From: an uncultured Pseudomonadales bacterium
GTDB taxonomy: Bacteria; Patescibacteriota; Microgenomatia; UBA1400; UBA12108
DNA: 55,220 nucleotides
Direction of reading: 5' to 3'
Assembly (NCBI GenBank): GCA_964502225.1
Contig: CAZCUC010000006.1
Location: 1-55,220 of the forward strand
Made by a program: the position numbers and the translations under genes. The stretch's first letter is position 1. Every line of letters starts with the position of its first letter. This document shows positions 52,284 through 55,220 of the stretch, piece by piece. Under the pieces are notes generated by a model. That model had not been told where the DNA came from and did no database searches. It was given only the letters and a program-made list of their open reading frames with translations.

Positions 52284-52311
52284 GATGCTAGATTCTAGAT
52301 GTTAGATTCTA
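52284..52311. repeat. 14-bp tandem repeat x2 in the nusG-rplK spacer
   Basis: gatgctagattcta followed by gatgttagattcta. The 13-mer tagattctagatg also occurs at 6171-6183. Confidence 0.7.
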
Positions 52312-52338
52312 GTAGAGGTGAATTGTACCATTAATTTA

Positions 52339-52986
52339 TTAAATTTTGCTAACTTGGGCGAAATCGAGCTCCACTGGAGTCTCGCGGCCAAAGATAGAGA
52401 CGAGTACTGAGAGCTTGCCTTTGGTTTCGTCGATGTGATCGACTGTACCCAGGAAGTCGGCAAATGGTCCCTCGACGATCTTGACGGCTTCGCCGGCAGT
52501 AAAGGTACTCTTGTACTTGGGAGCCTTGACTTCCATAAACTTCATGATGGTATCGACTTCGCGCTGGGGGATCGGGGTGGGGCGTTTGCCGACCGAGCCG
52601 ATGAAGGCGGTGACACCCTGAGTGGTGCGGACAGCGAGCCATGACTGGTCATCGACGATCATTTTGATGAGGATGTAGCCGGGGAGAATTTTTTCTTTGA
52701 CGGTTTTCTTTTGACCTTTTTTAACCTGGATTTTGTCTTGAGCGGGGATTACGACCTCAAAAATCTTGCCTTCGACGTTCATGCTGGCAATACGGACTTT
52801 GAGTTGTTCGGCGACTTTGAGCTCATGGCCACTATAAGTGTGGACGACATACCACTTGGCTTTGGCCTCGAGACCTTCGTTTTTTTCGTAGATCACGTGG
52901 TAAGGGTTGTTTTCCTTGACTTCGGATAAGATATCGCCGTCTTTGGCTTCTTCGAGTCGTTCAGTAAGATTTTTGTCATCAGTCAT
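52339..52986 (-). CDS. nusG: Transcription termination/antitermination factor NusG
   Basis: KWYVVHTYSGHELKV (NGN domain), PGYILIKM, and the C-terminal KOW GEAVKIVEGPFADFLGTV. Confidence 0.93.
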   Translation of the reverse strand: MTDDKNLTERLEEAKDGDILSEVKENNPYHVIYEKNEGLEAKAKWYVVHTYSGHELKVAEQLKVRIASMNVEGKIFEVVIPAQDKIQVKKGQKKTVKEKILPGYILIKMIVDDQSWLAVRTTQGVTAFIGSVGKRPTPIPQREVDTIMKFMEVKAPKYKSTFTAGEAVKIVEGPFADFLGTVDHIDETKGKLSVLVSIFGRETPVELDFAQVSKI

Positions 52987-53041
52987 AGTAAATTTTCCTA
53001 TAATCTAACTTCTAATTTGGGGGAACTTGTCAAGTATAGCA

Positions 53042-53221
53042 TTATTTTAAGAATGTGCCAAGGAGCGAGGTGAAGACAAAGTCGAGACCACCGACATAGA
53101 GACCGACAACGAGGGAGGCGCCAAGGATAATGAGAGTCAAGTTGGTGGCTTCTAGGCGTGTAGGCCAGGTGACTTTGCCAAGCTCGACCCGGACTTCTTG
53201 TAGATAGGTTAAAATGTTCAT
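53042..53221 (-). CDS. secE: Preprotein translocase subunit SecE (59 aa; not in the ORF track)
   Basis: Translation MNILTYLQEVRVELGKVTWPTRLEATNLTLIILGASLVVGLYVGGLDFVFTSLLGTFLK. This has the classic VxxELxKVxWP motif plus one TM segment, in the canonical position upstream of nusG. Confidence 0.88.
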   Translation of the reverse strand: MNILTYLQEVRVELGKVTWPTRLEATNLTLIILGASLVVGLYVGGLDFVFTSLLGTFLK

Positions 53222-53228
53222 AGGTATA

Positions 53229-53237
53229 TGTTACACT
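53229..53237 (+). promoter_or_regulatory. Extended -10 (TGtTACACT) for frr; the transcript is leaderless
   Basis: The element ends 7 nt before the frr ATG (53245). There is no SD. Confidence 0.45.
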
Positions 53238-53244
53238 ACATTTT

Positions 53245-53802
53245 ATGAGTGACGCAATTTTGGCCAACCTAAAGACGAGACTGGATCAGACTATAGAGGT
53301 GGTAAAAAAAGATCTTTCGAGTGTACGTACAGGGAGAGCCAAGCCATCGCTAGTCGAGGATGTCAAAGTCGAGGCCTACGGCACGATAATGACGATCAAA
53401 GAGCTAGCGACAATCTCGGCGCCTGACACGACTTTGATTGTAATTGCTCCATGGGATAAAGGGTTGGTTTCGGCTATTTCCTCTGGTATCCAAAAATCTG
53501 GTCTCAATATCCAGCCGATAGTCGATGGTGATACAGTCAAGATCTCGATTCCGGCGCTCACAGAGGAGCGACGACTGGAGCTAGTCAAGCTAGTGCATTC
53601 AAAACTAGAGTCGGCTAAAGTAATGATCCGCGGAGTACGCACTGAGATCAAAGAAGAGATCGAGGCACAAGAGGGCGAGGCTGGGATCTCGGAAGACAGT
53701 ATCAAGTCCTGGCTCGAGTCGATGCAGAAAACAATAGACCAATACATGCTAAAAATTGACGAACTAGGGAAAGAAAAAGAAAAAGAATTAATGACTCTCT
53801 AA
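53245..53802 (+). CDS. frr: Ribosome recycling factor
   Basis: LSSVRTGRAKPSLVEDVKVEAYG, ISAPDTTLIVIAPWDK, IPALTEERR and VRGVRTEIKEEI. Confidence 0.95.
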   Translation: MSDAILANLKTRLDQTIEVVKKDLSSVRTGRAKPSLVEDVKVEAYGTIMTIKELATISAPDTTLIVIAPWDKGLVSAISSGIQKSGLNIQPIVDGDTVKISIPALTEERRLELVKLVHSKLESAKVMIRGVRTEIKEEIEAQEGEAGISEDSIKSWLESMQKTIDQYMLKIDELGKEKEKELMTL

Positions 53803-53813
53803 GGAGGAGGTTT

Positions 53814-54704
53814 ATGCAAAAAGTAACTAAAGCTGTTATTCCTGCTGCTGGATTTGGAACTCGTTTCCTCCCGCAAACCAAGGCGATGCCCAAAGAGATG
53901 CTCCCAATCGTAGACAAACCAGTGATCCAGTACATCGTAGAAGAGCTAGTTGAGGCCGGGATTACCGATATTATTATCGTGACTGGCTACCACAAGCGGA
54001 CGATCGAAGATCACTTTGACAACCCCTCGACTGACTTAATTGAAAACTTGAAGATGGGCGGAGAAAAGAAAAAGCCACTCCTAGAATCGGTGATGAAGAT
54101 CTCGAGTATGGCCAACTTTGCCTACGTGCGCCAGAAGGGGCCGTATGGCAATGGGACACCACTCATGAATGTCCGCCACTTGATCGGCAACGAACCCTTT
54201 ATTTACACCTGGAGTGACGATTTTATTGCGGCCGATCCGTCTAGATTTAAACAATTACTTGCGGCGTACGAAAAATATGGGTATAGCTGTATGGCTAGCG
54301 TGCGTGCTAAAAGCGACGCCGATTATGATCGCTATGGCTTTGCCGCCGGAGAGGAGATCGAGCCAGGGGTGATTGACTGTACCACAATTATCGAGAAGCC
54401 AGGTAAAGCTAACGCGCCGTCTGACCTGGCCAACGTCTCTGGTTTCTTGTTTACTCCAGATATTTTTGATTACCTGGATACTGTCATGTCCAACCTGAAA
54501 CCGGGCGATGAGTTTTATTACAATGATGCCCTCAAACTCATGCTCAAAGATGGCAAGCACGTACTCGCGACCGAGATCAAGAATGGCAAGTACTATGATA
54601 CGGGCAACAAGCTAGAGTACATGAAAACCCAGATAGAGTTTGCACTCAAGGATCCCTCGATGAACGGGGATCTCAAGCAATTTATCCAAGGGTTGAGTCT
54701 CTAG
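53814..54704 (+). CDS. galU: UTP--glucose-1-phosphate uridylyltransferase
   Basis: KAVIPAAGFGTRFLPQTKAMPKEMLPIVDKPVIQYIVEE, VRQKGPYGNG and EKPG. AAGGAGGAGG SD upstream. Confidence 0.92.
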   Translation: MQKVTKAVIPAAGFGTRFLPQTKAMPKEMLPIVDKPVIQYIVEELVEAGITDIIIVTGYHKRTIEDHFDNPSTDLIENLKMGGEKKKPLLESVMKISSMANFAYVRQKGPYGNGTPLMNVRHLIGNEPFIYTWSDDFIAADPSRFKQLLAAYEKYGYSCMASVRAKSDADYDRYGFAAGEEIEPGVIDCTTIIEKPGKANAPSDLANVSGFLFTPDIFDYLDTVMSNLKPGDEFYYNDALKLMLKDGKHVLATEIKNGKYYDTGNKLEYMKTQIEFALKDPSMNGDLKQFIQGLSL

Positions 54705-54876
54705 GGTAGCGGCGATCCTATCGCTTTACATTCACAGCCCAGGTATAATAATCAAGTTATTAGCCGACGTAGCTACACTTCTGGTCTGTAAGACCAGAGA
54801 CATGCACCCAGATACGTAAGTAATCTGGGGTGCCAGTTGGTAAACTAAGTTGGTAGGTAATATTGGCGAAATACTC

Positions 54877-54949
54877 GCCGACGTAGCTCAGTTGGTAGAG
54901 CGCATTCTTGGTAAGAATGAGGTCTCGGGTCCGATTCCCGACGTTGGCT
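54877..54949 (+). tRNA. tRNA-Thr (anticodon GGT)
   Basis: GCCGACG-TA-GCTC-AGTTGGTA-GAGC-G-CATTC-TTGGTAA-GAATG-AGGTC-TCGGG-TCCGATT-CCCGA-CGTTGGC-T. The T-loop reads TCC where TTC is expected, so position 55 is C. CCA is not encoded. Confidence 0.85.
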
Positions 54950-54978
54950 CAGAGATAAGATAAAAGTTAATACAAAAT

Positions 54979-55061
54979 GCTGAGGTACTCAAGCGGTCAA
55001 CGAGGGCAGACTGTAAATCTGCTGCTTCACGGCTACATAGGTTCGAATCCTATCCTCAGCA
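54979..55061 (+). tRNA. tRNA-Tyr (anticodon GTA), class II
   Basis: GCTGAGG-TA-CTC-AAGCGGTCAAC-GAG-G-GCAGA-CTGTAAA-TCTGC-(long extra arm)-ATAGG-TTCGAAT-CCTAT-CCTCAGC-A. Confidence 0.88.
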
Positions 55062-55220
55062 CACCAGAAACAAAAATGCCCCACAGGGGGGACTTACGAA
55101 GAAGCTTTCCCCGGACTAATCCAGGTGGGTGAGCTGATCTAAAACCCAATGGGAGTTAGATACATACTCTCCCTTAAAAGCAACTTATGGAGGAAAAAAT
55201 TCCTCGCAGTGTCCTCTTAC

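Noticed and set aside
52998-53267. 89-aa minus-strand ORF from the track
   Set aside because: It overlaps secE in another frame. The 59-aa frame 53042-53221 gives the classic SecE signature (VRVELGKVTWP plus a TM segment) and is in the canonical position.
55062-55220. Possible structured RNA after tRNA-Tyr (hairpins cccc-aca-gggg and gggag...ctccc, and a GGAGGAAA string reminiscent of the RNase P P4 region)
   Set aside because: I could not align it to RNase P, tmRNA, SRP or 6S consensus features by eye. The window ends inside it. GGAGGAAA may simply be an SD for a downstream gene.
1-55220. Alternative genetic code (UGA recoding, as in some CPR lineages)
   Set aside because: TGA terminates well-defined genes at the expected lengths (TagA-family gene at 7252-7254, the 509-aa gene at 11296-11298). 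Conserved genes are full length under code 11.

Overview
The window looks like part of a small, streamlined bacterial genome. The gene style fits a Patescibacteria/CPR, Saccharibacteria-like organism: a PEGA/TolB-like envelope protein, membrane-anchored excisionase/MerR-type HTH proteins, a TrmB-like regulator, many orphan ORFs and one 15.7-kb ORF. That taxonomic placement is inference only. The genetic code is standard, since TGA is used as a stop (for example at 7252-7254 and 11296-11298).

Housekeeping content I could recognise:
- ndk, mreB, a GT4 glycosyltransferase, a WecB/TagA-family transferase, dus, frr and galU
- tRNA-Arg(CCT), tRNA-Thr(GGT), tRNA-Tyr(GTA) and one truncated class II tRNA
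- the minus-strand cluster secE-nusG-rplK-rplA ... rplJ-rplL

Three accessory regions stand out:
1. A 5,240-aa membrane-anchored polyvalent protein (15092-30814). It carries a SecA/SF2-like motor, two minimal kinases, a PP2C domain and two HD modules, and contains a perfect 1,194-bp internal duplication.
2. A roughly 10.5-kb AT-richer island of orphan genes between rplA and rplJ (about 40.3-50.8 kb). It includes three copies of a module made of a large helical protein followed by a roughly 55-aa coiled-coil micro-ORF.
3. A locus downstream of rplL (34.6-39.0 kb) with a receiver-less OmpR-type wHTH protein, a split P-loop/helical pair, a 460-aa orphan and a 57-aa (ETPT)n peptide gene.

Other observations:
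- A short AT-rich repeat family occurs in intergenic DNA and, in the same reading frame, inside three housekeeping enzymes.
- Many genes appear to be leaderless.
- A synonymous-only duplicate of the rplL 3' end lies just downstream of rplL.

All domain calls come from motif recognition by eye. No database search or computation was run.
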